Positions 55,277 through 64,000 of a DNA stretch of 64,000 nucleotides are shown piece after piece; position 1 is the stretch's first letter, and every line of letters starts with the position of its first letter. The notes beneath the pieces were generated by a model. It did not search any database, was not told the origin of the DNA, and saw only the letters and a list, made by a program, of their open reading frames with translations. The translations under genes and the position numbers were made by a program. The stretch comes from an uncultured Chloroflexia bacterium (GTDB lineage: Bacteria > Chloroflexota > Limnocylindria > Limnocylindrales > CSP1-4), in NCBI GenBank assembly GCA_963759495.1, contig CAVWZL010000016.1, forward strand, positions 66,065-130,064, given 5' to 3'.

Positions 55277-55864
55277 CAGCCGCCCGGCTTGCGGCCGTCG
55301 AAGTCGCGGTGGAACGCCGAGGCGGTCGGCTCGGACTGGCCCTGGTACTTCGATCCGCAGCTCCGGTGACCCGTACGGCCGGTCCACCTCGCTGGTCATC
55401 CTGAAGAACGAGATCTGCCCGATCCTCATGCCGTAGTAGAGCGCGATCGGCAGGTTGGCGACGTTCGACAGCTCGAGCGTCAGGTTGCCCTTCCAGCCCG
55501 GGTCGACGTAGCCGGCGGTCGAATGGATGAGCAGTCCGAGCCGGCCCAGCGAGCCTTGCCTTCGAGCCTGGCGACGAGATCGTTCGGCAGCTCCACCCAC
55601 TCGAGCGTCTGGCCGAGCACGAACTCGCCCGGATGCAGGATGAAGGGCTCGTCGTCCGCGACGACCAGCAGCTCGGTCAGGTCGGGCTGCGGGGCGCGCA
55701 CGTCGATGTACGGATAGCGGTTGTTCCGGAAGACACGGAAGCGACCGATCGAGGTGCAGGTCGACCGACGACGGCTGGAGGTCCTGCGGGGTCGTACGGC
55801 TCGATTCGGATCGTGCCGGCCATCGAGTGCCGACGCGGATGTCGCGGTCGGAGAGGACGCTCAC
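55277..55864 (-). CDS. dcd: dCTP deaminase, frameshifted as assembled
   Basis: [10 protein letters not shown]..., [41 protein letters not shown] (ORF 55480-55701), and [48 protein letters not shown]. The stop is at complement 55277-55279 in a further frame. Confidence 0.8.
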
Positions 55865-56343
55865 GTCCGGGCGGCTCCGGCTCCGGTGCCCTTCTCGGCG
55901 AACAGCGTGTCGACCTCGCGCTTGAGGTCCTCGAGATCCTCGAAGCTCTGGTACACGCTCGCAAACCGGATGTAGGCGATCTGGTCGATCGTGCGGAGCT
56001 GCTCCATCGCCATCGCGCCGATGCGCGACGACGGCACCTCGGACGAGCCGGCGGCACGAAGCTCGGCCTCGATCTGGTCCGCGGCCTGATCCGCTGCGCC
56101 ATCGGGCACGGGGCGACGGGTCAGCGCCTTGCGCAGACCGGCCACGAGCCGCCCCCGATCGAACTCCTGGCGGGTACCGTCACGCTTCGTCACGACGAGG
56201 CGCGCGGCCTCGAGTCGCTCATAGGTGGTGAACCGCGTCGCGCATGCCGCGCATTCACGCCGTCGCCGGATGGTGGCCGAGTCATCGAGATCGCGCGAGT
56301 CCACGACGCGGGTGTCCCGCGCACCGCATTGGGGGCAGCGCAT
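55861..56343 (-). CDS. nrdR: Transcriptional repressor NrdR
   Basis: Intact 160-aa ORF: [42 protein letters not shown] (zinc ribbon) plus the ATP-cone [18 protein letters not shown]...[16 protein letters not shown] upstream. Confidence 0.95.
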   Translation of the reverse strand: MRCPQCGARDTRVVDSRDLDDSATIRRRRECAACATRFTTYERLEAARLVVTKRDGTRQEFDRGRLVAGLRKALTRRPVPDGAADQAADQIEAELRAAGSSEVPSSRIGAMAMEQLRTIDQIAYIRFASVYQSFEDLEDLKREVDTLFAEKGTGAGAART

Positions 56344-56362
56344 CCGTCTCCTGCTCGCTCAC

Positions 56363-56408
56363 ACCACTAGGGATAGTGGTCTACGGCGAGAATACCACTA
56401 GATGGTGT
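56363..56408. promoter_or_regulatory. Two NrdR-box-like palindromic sites, 31 bp apart, directly upstream of nrdR
   Basis: ACCACTA-GGGA-TAGTGGT (56363-56380; perfect 7-bp inverted repeat) and ACCACTAGATGGTGT (56394-56408). The ACCACTA cores are 31 bp apart. Confidence 0.5.
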
Positions 56409-56985
56409 GGTCGGACACGTCGTCGCGAATTTCCGGCACCAGTGTCCGGAACGTTCGCTTCGGACTCGGATCGGCCTCGAGCGTGGCGGCTCTCGCCGCG
56501 TGCTCCCGGATCGCCTCGCGGGCATGGATCAGGTTGAGATAGCCGCGCTTGATCGAGGTCTGGGCTTCGAGCTCGCGGCCGCCGCGCCGGACCGCAGCAA
56601 GGGTCGCCACGCCGTGCTCGACCATGTCGATCGCCCGCCCGGCGCGGGCCAGCTCGTGGGCGATGTCCTGGCCGATCGCGAGAGCCTCTGGCGGGCCCTT
56701 GAGGGCGCGGGCCTCGTCGGCGTAGCGCGAGACGGCGTCCGTTGCGGCGGCCAGCGTGCCACCGATCCCCTCCGCGGCGGACTGCTGCCGGCGCACGGCG
56801 TCCACCCGCTCCGCTGCCCCGTCGAGCGACTGCCCGATGCGGCTGTCGAGGTCGAGGATGGCATTTCGGAACCCCTGGACCTCGCGGGTCCGGGCAACGA
56901 GCCGGCCGGCGCGCCGCAGGAGCAGCACGAACAGCCCCACCAACGCCAGGAAGGCGGCCAGTGGCAGGATCAGGAACAGCTCCAA
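56398..56985 (-). CDS. Hypothetical membrane-anchored protein (single N-terminal TM segment, helical remainder)
   Basis: [27 protein letters not shown] followed by an Ala/Arg-rich helical region. The TTG start at complement 56983-56985 is inferred, because etfA ends at 56999. High GC3. Confidence 0.45.
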   Translation of the reverse strand: MELFLILPLAAFLALVGLFVLLLRRAGRLVARTREVQGFRNAILDLDSRIGQSLDGAAERVDAVRRQQSAAEGIGGTLAAATDAVSRYADEARALKGPPEALAIGQDIAHELARAGRAIDMVEHGVATLAAVRRGGRELEAQTSIKRGYLNLIHAREAIREHAARAATLEADPSPKRTFRTLVPEIRDDVSDHTI

Positions 56986-56998
56986 CCCGGGCCGCTCG

Positions 56999-57978
56999 TC
57001 AGCCCGACCGCGCGCGCAGCTCGGCCAGCATGGCCCGGCCGACCTCGACGAGGTCGCCGACGACGACCAGGTCCGCGAACTCGGCGATCGGTGCATCCGG
57101 GTCGCGGTTGATCGCGACGATCGTGTCAGCGGTCTGCATGCCCACCTTGTGCTGGATGGCGCCGCTGATGCCAAGCGCGAGGTACAGCTGCGGCTTCACG
57201 ATCTTGCCCGTCTGTCCGATCTGCTGGCTATAGCCAATCCAGCCCGAAATCCACAGCCGCCCGGGTGGCACCCACGACCCCGCCGAGCTCGTTGGCAAGC
57301 TCGGTGATCAGCTCGAACCCTTCGGGTCCACCGACGCCTCGGCCCCCGGCCACGATCACGCGCGCCTCCTCGATGGGCGCTGCTGCACCGGCCTCGCTGA
57401 CCCGCTCGACGATCCGGACGGCGGGCTGCTCGAGTGGCTCCGCGGACTCGTAGGGCTCGACGGTGCCGGGCTGGGCCGCGCGGCTCGGCGGTCACGACGT
57501 TGGGGCGGACCGTGACGATCCCCGCATCCGTCGTGAACCGGCTCGTGGTCGTCAGCTTGCCACCGAACACGCTCATCTCGACCACGGGGCCCCCGTCGGC
57601 CCACGTGACGCCGACCGCGTTGCTCAGCACGCCCCAGCCGGTCAAGGCCGAGAGCGCGCCCGCGAAGTCGCGGCCGTCAGCGCCTGCACCGACGAAATCG
57701 AACTCGCGTACGTCGTCGCCGAGGATCTTCGCGATCCGTTCGGCGGCGACCATCGACCATGCCCGATCGGCCGCGGCCGGCTCGGTGACGGTCAGGACGC
57801 GTGGCAGGTAGCGCGCGAGCTCCTGCGCGGCGGGACCCGGGTCGGCCCCGACGACGATGCCGCTCAGCTCCTGGCCACCCGCTGCGGCGACGCTTCGCGC
57901 GAGCGTGGCCACTTCGGTCGAGATCTTCGCGAGGCTGCCGTCCTGGCTCAGCTCGGCGATGACGTAGATCCCGCCCAT
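56999..57978 (-). CDS. etfA: Electron transfer flavoprotein alpha subunit, frameshifted around 57.2-57.5 kb
   Basis: The N-terminal domain is ORF 57196-57978 ([28 protein letters not shown]...). The C-terminal FAD-binding part, [58 protein letters not shown], is in ORF 56999-57298. Confidence 0.85.
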
Positions 57979-58766
57979 CAGATGAGCCGCCGTTCGGCGA
58001 GGAACGCGACGACCTGACGGGCCGCCTCGTCCGGGATCTCGCGGACGACGCGGGTCGCGGCGCGGGCTTCGGGCTGGCGGCTGTCGATGACCGCGTTCGT
58101 CGCCGCCGAACCGCCGACGTTCCCGGCATCAAGGCCCAGATCGGTCAGCGCCCGCGTCTCGATCGTGCGGGACCGGGCGGCCATGATTTCCTTCAGCGAG
58201 GGGTAGCGCGGCTCGCCGAGCGCCTGCGTGCACGAGATCAGCGCGGGCATCGGCGCCTCGAGCACGTCGTAGCCGCCCGGGCTGATGCGGCGAACGCGGA
58301 CGGTGCCGGCCGCCGGGTCCGGCTCGATCTTCGCTGCGTACGACAGGTACGGCAGTTTGCGAAGGGCCGCAACACCCGGCGGGATGATGCCCCCGACGCC
58401 ATCGGACGTGTCGACGCCGGCGAGCACGAGATCGAACTCGAGACCGTCGAGCGCGGCGGCGATGACACGGGTGGTTGTGACCATGTCAGCGCCCGCGAGG
58501 GCCGGGTCGGTCACGTGGACCCCGCTCGTCGCGCCCATCGCGAGGGCCTTCCGCATCGTGTCGGGCGCGTTGGCCGGTGCCATGGACAGGACCGTCACCT
58601 CGCCGCCGTGCGCCTCGACGAGCTTGAGCGCCGCCTCGAGCGCGTATTCGTCGTTGCCGTTGACGACAGCGGGGACGGCTGCTCGATCGAGCCGGCCGTC
58701 GGGACCGAGTCGCTCCCCGCCGGACGCCGGATCCGGGACGGGCTTGACGAGAACGACGATGCGCAC
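57978..58766 (-). CDS. etfB: Electron transfer flavoprotein beta subunit
   Basis: Intact 262-aa ORF: MRIVVLVKPVPD...NGNDEYALEAALKLVE...VLSMAPANAPDTMRKALAMGA...DLVLAGVDTSDG. Confidence 0.9.
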   Translation of the reverse strand: MRIVVLVKPVPDPASGGERLGPDGRLDRAAVPAVVNGNDEYALEAALKLVEAHGGEVTVLSMAPANAPDTMRKALAMGATSGVHVTDPALAGADMVTTTRVIAAALDGLEFDLVLAGVDTSDGVGGIIPPGVAALRKLPYLSYAAKIEPDPAAGTVRVRRISPGGYDVLEAPMPALISCTQALGEPRYPSLKEIMAARSRTIETRALTDLGLDAGNVGGSAATNAVIDSRQPEARAATRVVREIPDEAARQVVAFLAERRLI

Positions 58767-58825
58767 GAGCCGGTTGTCCTCCCTGCCTTGGGCTGGCGGG
58801 TCGGGCGGATGGCGGGTGACCCCCG

Positions 58826-60007
58826 TCAGCCGTCCTTGCCGAGCAACGCTCGGGCAATCACGAGCCGTTGGATCTGCTGCGTTCCCTCGTAGAGCTGGGT
58901 GATCTTCGCATCGCGCATCATCCGCTCGACCGGGAACTCGTCGATGTAGCCATAGCCCCCCAGCACCTGCACGGCGTCGGTGGTGACCCGCATCGCGGTG
59001 TCCCCGGCCACGAGTTTACACAGCGCGGCCCAGCGGCTGGCGTCCGGCACCCCCGCATCGATGGCGGCACACGCGGCGTAGAGGAGCTGCCGTGCCGCCT
59101 CGGTCTGCGCGTCCATGTCGGCGAGCATCGCCGTGATCATCTGCAGGTCACCCACGCGCTGGCCGAACTGGCGCCGCTCGCGGGCATAGGCGGTGGCAAC
59201 CTCGAGCGCCCCCTGGGCGATGCCCACGGCCTGTGCCGCGATACCTGGCCGCGAGCGATCGAAGGTGCGCATCGCCAGACCGAAGCCATCGCCCTCCTCG
59301 CCGATCCGGTTGGCTGCGGGGACTCGAACGTTCGCGAACGCGAGCTCGGCCGTTGGGCTGCCCCGGATGCCCATCTTGTGCTCGAGCCGCGCGACCGAAA
59401 AGCCATCGGTGGGCACCTCGACGATGAAGCACGAGAGCCGTTTGGTGCGGCTGGCGTCGGGGTCGGTGACGGCGAAGACCGTGATGAGGTCCGCGACGGA
59501 GCCGTGGCTGATGAATCGCTTCGCGCCGTCGATCACGTAGTCGTCGCCGTCGCGGATCGCTCGGGTCCGCGTGGCCGACACGTCGGAGCCGGCCTCCGCC
59601 TCGGTGAGAGCGAATGCGATGAGCTGCTCCCCGCTCGCGAGGCGGGGCAGCCAGCGTTCCTGTTGCTCCTCGCTGCCGCCGAGCATGATCGGGAGCGCGC
59701 CGAGCTCCTGAACCGCGAGGATCAGCCCGCTGGTGGCGCACGCGCGGCTGATCTGTTCGATCGCCAGGCACAGGCTCAGCAGCTCCCCGCCAAGGCCGCC
59801 AAATCGTTCCGGGAACGGGAGGGCGAGGATGTCGTGGGCGGCGAGGAGCTGGCGGACGTCCTGCGGGAACTCGGCGGTTCGGTCGATCTCGGCCGCGCGC
59901 GGGGCGATCCGCTCGTCGGCCAGGACGCGAACCGCGTCGCGGAGCATCGACTGGTCGTCGGTCAGGCGGTAGCCGGAGCTCGGGGTCGACAGGGTCACCG
60001 CCGGCAT
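58826..60007 (-). CDS. Acyl-CoA dehydrogenase
   Basis: MPAVTLSTPSSGYRLTDDQSMLRDAVRVLADERIAPRAAEIDRTAEFP..., FALTEAEAGSDV, KRFISHG, and the C-terminus QVLGGYGYIDEFPVERMMRDAKITQLYEGTQQIQRLVIAR. Intact. Confidence 0.9.
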   Translation of the reverse strand: MPAVTLSTPSSGYRLTDDQSMLRDAVRVLADERIAPRAAEIDRTAEFPQDVRQLLAAHDILALPFPERFGGLGGELLSLCLAIEQISRACATSGLILAVQELGALPIMLGGSEEQQERWLPRLASGEQLIAFALTEAEAGSDVSATRTRAIRDGDDYVIDGAKRFISHGSVADLITVFAVTDPDASRTKRLSCFIVEVPTDGFSVARLEHKMGIRGSPTAELAFANVRVPAANRIGEEGDGFGLAMRTFDRSRPGIAAQAVGIAQGALEVATAYARERRQFGQRVGDLQMITAMLADMDAQTEAARQLLYAACAAIDAGVPDASRWAALCKLVAGDTAMRVTTDAVQVLGGYGYIDEFPVERMMRDAKITQLYEGTQQIQRLVIARALLGKDG

Positions 60008-60158
60008 CGTAGCAGCGTGGGTCCGGCCCGGGGACGGGACCATCGACGGCGCTCGCCATGGGTCGGACGGGGCTGTTCGGGCGCGTTCGAGAGGCGTAGG
60101 CTGCGATCAGGCGGCGAGCGCGGCACGGGGGCTGGGCTCCAGCCGCCGCAGGAGTCGG

Positions 60159-60385
60159 TGATGGATGACGTCACCCTGCTCGCGCTCGGGGCTGCGGCCG
60201 TCCTCGGCCTGGTTGCCGCACTGAGCCTGTACCGTCGAGAGCAGCAGGCGACAGCGGTCACGGGCCACGGCGAGAGCCAATTCGCAGTGTCCACCGAGGG
60301 CATGAAGCGGTGCCCCTCGTGCGGCATGGGCAACCTGGTCTCGGACTCGACGTGCTCGAGCTGCAAGAGGCGCCTCGCCGGGTAG
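60159..60385 (+). CDS. Small membrane-anchored zinc-ribbon protein (75 aa), hypothetical
   Basis: AGGAG lies 7 nt upstream of the ATG. MDDVTLLALGAAAVLGLVAALSLY is a TM segment, followed by CPSCG...CSSCK. GC3 is high. Confidence 0.55.
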
Positions 60386-60439
60386 AGCCTCGGGGCGGCA
60401 CTGCGGGCCGTGGCGGGGGCCGCGAGGTGCGTGCGCGGC

Positions 60440-61050
60440 CGGCCCCGCTTGGTTCCCCACAGAACCAATCCGCCATGCGGAGGACCTGTTCGTGCGCTGG
60501 TTGGTGCACCGCGAGAACCAGATGCGCTCGCAGGCCGACGTCCGTGTCGTTCCGTGTGCGTCCCGAGCACAGAATCGACGCGGCCGGCCGGCTTCCTGGT
60601 CCGTTGGTTCTCCCCGGGAACCATGGAACGCGTGGCGACCCAACCGGCGAACGGGACGAGGCTTACCGGTCCCCTGGAACGCTGGGCGACCCAGCGGACC
60701 AATGAGAGCGGCATCTGACGGTCGCTTGGAACCCTTACGGACCAATCCGCCGCCCCGCCCGTGCTCGTTCGCCGGTTGGAACGTTGAGCGGCCCAAGCCA
60801 CGCGCCCCGGCCCGGACTGACCGGCTTCCTGGTCCGTTGGTTCTCCCCGGGAACCGTGGAACGTCCAGCGACCCAACCGGCGAACGGGACGAGGCTTACC
60901 GGTCCCCTGGAACGCTGGGCGACCCAGCGGACCAATGAGAGCGGCATCTGACGGTCGCTTGGAACCCTTAACGGCCCATTCCGCCACCTGGCCCGTGCTC
61001 GTTCGGCGGTTGGAACGTTGAGCGGCCCAAGCCACGCGCCCCGGGCCAGC
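60440..61050. repeat. Non-coding nested tandem repeat. The unit is 233 bp, present as about 2.6 copies: a degenerate copy at about 60440-60587, then 60588-60820 and 60821-61050. Each unit is built from ~50-bp sub-units beginning TGGAAC.
   Basis: GCATCTGACGGTCGCTTGGAACCCTTA occurs at 60711 and 60944, giving a 233-bp period. GGAAC occurs 10 times on the + strand. Inverted repeats are TTGGTTC-N6-GAACCAA (60449-60468) and GGTTC-TCCCCGG-GAACC (60606, 60838). The array lies between two convergent 3' ends. Confidence 0.85.
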
Positions 61051-61052
61051 CC

Positions 61053-63176
61053 CTACATCACCGGCAGGCGACGATCCGGGGGTGCCTCGGCAATCCGGGC
61101 TGCGAGCACCTCGCTGATGTCGAGCGTCGAGACCGACCGATCCGAGCCGGCGGCCGCCAGGCCATCGGAGAGCATCACCATGCAGAACGGGCACGAGGTG
61201 GCGACGGCGTCGGCCCCGGAATCGAGCACCTCCTGGGCACGCGCCGCATTGATCCGGGTCCCGCGGGTTTCCTCCATCCACATTCGGCCGCCACCCGCCC
61301 CGCAGCAGAACGTCTGGCGCCCGGACCGCTCCATCTCGACCACGCCCACACCCGCCGCGCCGAGCACGTCCCGGGGAGCCGCGATGACCCCGTTGTAGCG
61401 CGCGAGGTAGCACGAGTCGTGGACGGTGACGCTCCCCGGCCGATGATCGCCCGTTGACGACGAGGCGTCCTCCGGCAGCGTCGCGAGCCTCCCGGACGCA
61501 ACCAGCTCTGCGAGGAACGTCGAGTGGTGCACGACCCGATACGACCCACCGAGCTGCCCGTACTCGTTCCCGAGCGTGTTGAAGCAATGCGGGCAGGCCG
61601 TCACGATCGTCCGCTCCCCCATCCCGTATCGGTTGAGCGTCTCGACGTTCCCGCCGGCCAGGATCTGAAACACGTAGTCGTTGCCCATCCGCCGCGCCGG
61701 ATCGCCCGTGCAGGACTCCTCCTGCCCAAGCACCGCGAATGAGACGCCGGCCGCGTGCAGACAGGTCGCGACCGCGCGCGCCACTTTCTGGTTGCGCGGG
61801 TCGAACGCCGCCGCACAGCCGACCCAGTACAGCACCTCGAGCGATTCAAGCTCCCCGGCCGCGGCAACGGACGCCACCGTCCGGACCTCGAACGGAAGTG
61901 GCTTCGTCCAGTCCAGCCGCGCCGACGCGGGCTGCCCCCACGGGTTGCCCTGCGCCTCCATCCCGCGCATGGCCCCGGTGAGCTCCTGCGGAAAGCGCGA
62001 CTCCTCGAGCACCAGGTTCCGACGCAGCCCGACGATCTTGTCGACATGCTCGATCAGCACCGGGCAGGCCTCGACGCACGCGCCACACGTGACGCAGTCC
62101 CACACGGCGTCGTAGGGAATGGCCGTGTCGACGATGGGCGCGGCAAGCGCGGACGCGGCCGGTCGCGTGTCATCGAGCCCGTACGTCTCGCGCACGATCG
62201 GCGAGTTCGGGATGATGTTGAGCCCGTGCTCGGCCTCGACCGACATGTCCCGGATGCCCATGATGAACGTCTTCGGGTTGAGTGGCTTCCCGGTGTGCCA
62301 GGCAGGGCATGCCTCCTGGCACCGACCGCATTCGGTGCAGGTGAAGCCGTCAAGCAGGTCCTTCCAGCCGAGGTCCTGGAGTGACTTCAGCCCGAAGGTG
62401 GCGGTCTCGTCCTCGATGTCGAGCTTCGGCAGCTCGCCGCGCGGTCGGAGCTTCCGGAACCAGATGTTCGGGAAGCTGGTCGCGATATGGAGGTGCTTCG
62501 AGAACGGCAGGTACGCGAGGAACGCCGCGACGAGGAACATGTGGCCCCACCACATGACGGCGAACCCGACGTCGAGCGCGCCCTCGCCCAGCCCGCGCAG
62601 CACGACCGCGAGCCCCGCTGACACGAAGGCCCCCTGCTCCGAACCAAAGCGGGCGAACTCGAACGCCTCCGCCAGCAGCTCGGTCGCGACGACGCCACCG
62701 ATCATCCCGAGGATCACGAGCGCATCCCGGTTGAACGTGAGCCGCTTCGGCTTCGAGACGAGCCGTCGCCAGAACGCCCAGCCGATCGAAACGAGCACGA
62801 TGACCGCGACCACGTTCTGCATCGCGCTGACCGCGGCCCACAGCAGGCCGTCCCACGGCGCCGAAAGCACCGTCTCGATGATCCCGCCGGTCACGATGTT
62901 GGCCGTCCCGATGGTGAGCAGCACGAACCCCCAGAAGATCCCCGCGTGCATGAGGCCGGCCCTCCGGTCTCGGAACATCCGGCTCTGGACGAGCGCGTAC
63001 TGGATCAGCCCGCCGAGCCGCGCGGGGATGTCGGCGAACGGCGACGGACCGGTCGCGCGCACGGCGGCGAACACGCGCAGGTGGCGCGCCATCGCCAGGG
63101 CGAAGAACGCCGCCGCGCCCCAGAACAGCACGAAGACGAGCGGGTAGGCGGGAACCTCGGCGAACGGCTCGAACAC
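61053..63176 (-). CDS. Membrane-bound Fe-S oxidoreductase with an N-terminal polytopic membrane domain, two 4Fe-4S ferredoxin motifs and CCG (heterodisulfide-reductase-type) domains. EtfD / Rv0338c-like.
   Basis: Intact 707-aa ORF with 5-6 N-terminal helices. Motifs: [35 protein letters not shown] and [14 protein letters not shown]. Confidence 0.8.
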   Translation of the reverse strand: MFEPFAEVPAYPLVFVLFWGAAAFFALAMARHLRVFAAVRATGPSPFADIPARLGGLIQYALVQSRMFRDRRAGLMHAGIFWGFVLLTIGTANIVTGGIIETVLSAPWDGLLWAAVSAMQNVVAVIVLVSIGWAFWRRLVSKPKRLTFNRDALVILGMIGGVVATELLAEAFEFARFGSEQGAFVSAGLAVVLRGLGEGALDVGFAVMWWGHMFLVAAFLAYLPFSKHLHIATSFPNIWFRKLRPRGELPKLDIEDETATFGLKSLQDLGWKDLLDGFTCTECGRCQEACPAWHTGKPLNPKTFIMGIRDMSVEAEHGLNIIPNSPIVRETYGLDDTRPAASALAAPIVDTAIPYDAVWDCVTCGACVEACPVLIEHVDKIVGLRRNLVLEESRFPQELTGAMRGMEAQGNPWGQPASARLDWTKPLPFEVRTVASVAAAGELESLEVLYWVGCAAAFDPRNQKVARAVATCLHAAGVSFAVLGQEESCTGDPARRMGNDYVFQILAGGNVETLNRYGMGERTIVTACPHCFNTLGNEYGQLGGSYRVVHHSTFLAELVASGRLATLPEDASSSTGDHRPGSVTVHDSCYLARYNGVIAAPRDVLGAAGVGVVEMERSGRQTFCCGAGGGRMWMEETRGTRINAARAQEVLDSGADAVATSCPFCMVMLSDGLAAAGSDRSVSTLDISEVLAARIAEAPPDRRLPVM

Positions 63177-63178
63177 GC

Positions 63179-63706
63179 TCAGCGACTCGCCGCTGGTGCC
63201 GCGGAGCCCGGCCCGTGATCGTGCGGGCCCGCGAGCGTCTCGAGGGCATGGTCAAGGATCGGAACCAGGGCGTCGAGCGACTCGAGGGCGGCCTTGGGGC
63301 TCCCCGGGACGTTGATGATCAGCGTGCGGCCGCACACCCCGACGACGCCCCGGGACAGATCCGCGAACGGCGTCTTGGTGCGGCCGGCGGCGCGCATCGC
63401 CTCGGCCATGCCGGGAACCTCATAATCGACGATGGCGCGCGTGGCCTGCGGCGTGACGTCGCGCGGCGTCAGCCCCGTTCCGCCCGTCGTGACGATCAGC
63501 GGGTGGCGCGCCGCCGCGGCCGAGAGCGCCCGCTCGATGCGACCCTGCTCGTCGGGCACGACCATCCGCTCGACTGCAAAGCCGAGCCCCTCGAGCCGCC
63601 GCTGCACGTCCGAGCCGGAAGTGTCCTCGCGCTCGCCGGCAGCACTTCGGTCGCTCGCCGTCAGTACGAGGGCCGTGCGGACCGGCGCCGTGTCGGCCTC
63701 GGTCAT
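63179..63706 (-). CDS. Molybdenum cofactor biosynthesis protein MogA/MoaB family
   Basis: [31 protein letters not shown]...[21 protein letters not shown]...[10 protein letters not shown]. The start is taken at ATG complement 63704-63706. Confidence 0.8.
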   Translation of the reverse strand: MTEADTAPVRTALVLTASDRSAAGEREDTSGSDVQRRLEGLGFAVERMVVPDEQGRIERALSAAAARHPLIVTTGGTGLTPRDVTPQATRAIVDYEVPGMAEAMRAAGRTKTPFADLSRGVVGVCGRTLIINVPGSPKAALESLDALVPILDHALETLAGPHDHGPGSAAPAASR

Positions 63707-64000
63707 GACCGCTGCCGCTTGGACCGCACCCGCCCCGCCACGCGGTCTCCCGGCCGGAGCGCCGGTCGGGCCTGCTCCTGTGCCTCGTCGTCGGGTCGGG
63801 TCCACTCGCCGGTCTTGCCGCCCGACTTCGACACCAGCCGGACGGACCGGATCTCGACTCCGCGCTCGACGCCCTTGACCATGTCGTACACGGTCAGGGC
63901 GGCGATCGAGGCAGCCGTGAGGGCCTCCATCTCGACCCCGGTGGGACCGGTGGTGGCCGCCTCGGCACGGATCCGGAGGACGCCCGCGGCACGGTCCGGG
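63703..64000 (-). CDS. moaC: Cyclic pyranopterin monophosphate synthase MoaC, 3' part (the 5' end lies outside the window)
   Basis: ...[57 protein letters not shown]... Confidence 0.85.
   Translation of the reverse strand, partial: PDRAAGVLRIRAEAATTGPTGVEMEALTAASIAALTVYDMVKGVERGVEIRSVRLVSKSGGKTGEWTRPDDEAQEQARPALRPGDRVAGRVRSKRQRS

Noticed and set aside
56374-56383. AGTGGTCTAC upstream of nrdR as an additional DasR/dre site
   Set aside because: It is simply the right arm of the ACCACTA/TAGTGGT palindrome that I assign to NrdR. The resemblance to the dre half-site is probably coincidental.
60440-61050. The repeat array might be a CRISPR locus
   Set aside because: There is no constant 25-40 bp repeat alternating with unique spacers. 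The whole 233-bp unit, including the would-be spacers, is duplicated. No cas genes are in the window.
60588-61050. TGGAACG-N4-GCG motifs as sigma-54 (-24/-12) promoters
   Set aside because: The GC dinucleotide falls two positions short of the canonical GG-N10-GC spacing. No TTGC element is present. There are no downstream genes in the right orientation.

Overview
Very GC-rich bacterial chromosomal segment (GC judged by eye, not computed). Gene content and order point to a monoderm, Terrabacteria-type lineage such as Chloroflexota or deep-branching Actinomycetota. The evidence is MutS2, a T-box on thrS, a Bacillus-like thrS/infC-rpmI-rplT/pheST/cvpA/mutS2 block, F420-type enzymes and DUF881 proteins. 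This placement is inference only.

Left to right, I can support:
- 1-12.2 kb: PBP 3' end, mutS2, mpg, cvpA, pheT, pheS, rplT, rpmI, infC, a DUF385/F420-type reductase, and thrS with a Thr T-box leader.
- 12.3-27.6 kb: a secreted protein and an S1 protease; tRNA-Val; two RNA/SAM methyltransferases; a flavoprotein disulfide reductase; amidohydrolase, asparaginase, MFS, DUF951, two DUF881 genes, an MA-peptidase and a peptide SBP.
- 28-36.6 kb: cysS, an LLM oxidoreductase, a GT2-like gene carrying a CysRS-tail-like N-terminus, an MFS, DUF2243, OsmC, a DEAD-box helicase and a GNAT.
- 36.7-43.5 kb: a GntR/HutC-controlled amino-sugar locus (BadF-type kinase, SIS protein, cytoplasmic GH84, ABC SBP and two permeases).
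- 43.5-51.6 kb: ettA, then an accessory-looking stretch (GNATs, P-loop kinase, nucleoside deoxyribosyltransferase-like gene, and a large surface protein with a 2 x 606 bp near-identical tandem duplication and a Pro/Thr linker), a cNMP-binding protein and tRNA-Arg.
- 51.7-64 kb: glutaredoxin-like gene, ccdA, tlpA; a methyltransferase; an MBL hydrolase; dcd and nrdR with NrdR-box-like sites; etfA, etfB and an acyl-CoA dehydrogenase; a 0.6 kb nested tandem-repeat array; an EtfD-like membrane Fe-S oxidoreductase; mog/moaB and the moaC 3' end.

No transposase, integrase, CRISPR array, cas gene or rRNA was seen.

Major caveat: about 28 genes, many of them essential, need one or more frame corrections, while multi-kb stretches between them are flawless. 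I read this as uneven consensus or sequencing error rather than biology. Coordinates of broken genes are therefore envelopes, not exact CDS models.

The most unusual unexplained structure is the 233-bp x ~2.6 nested repeat at 60.44-61.05 kb.
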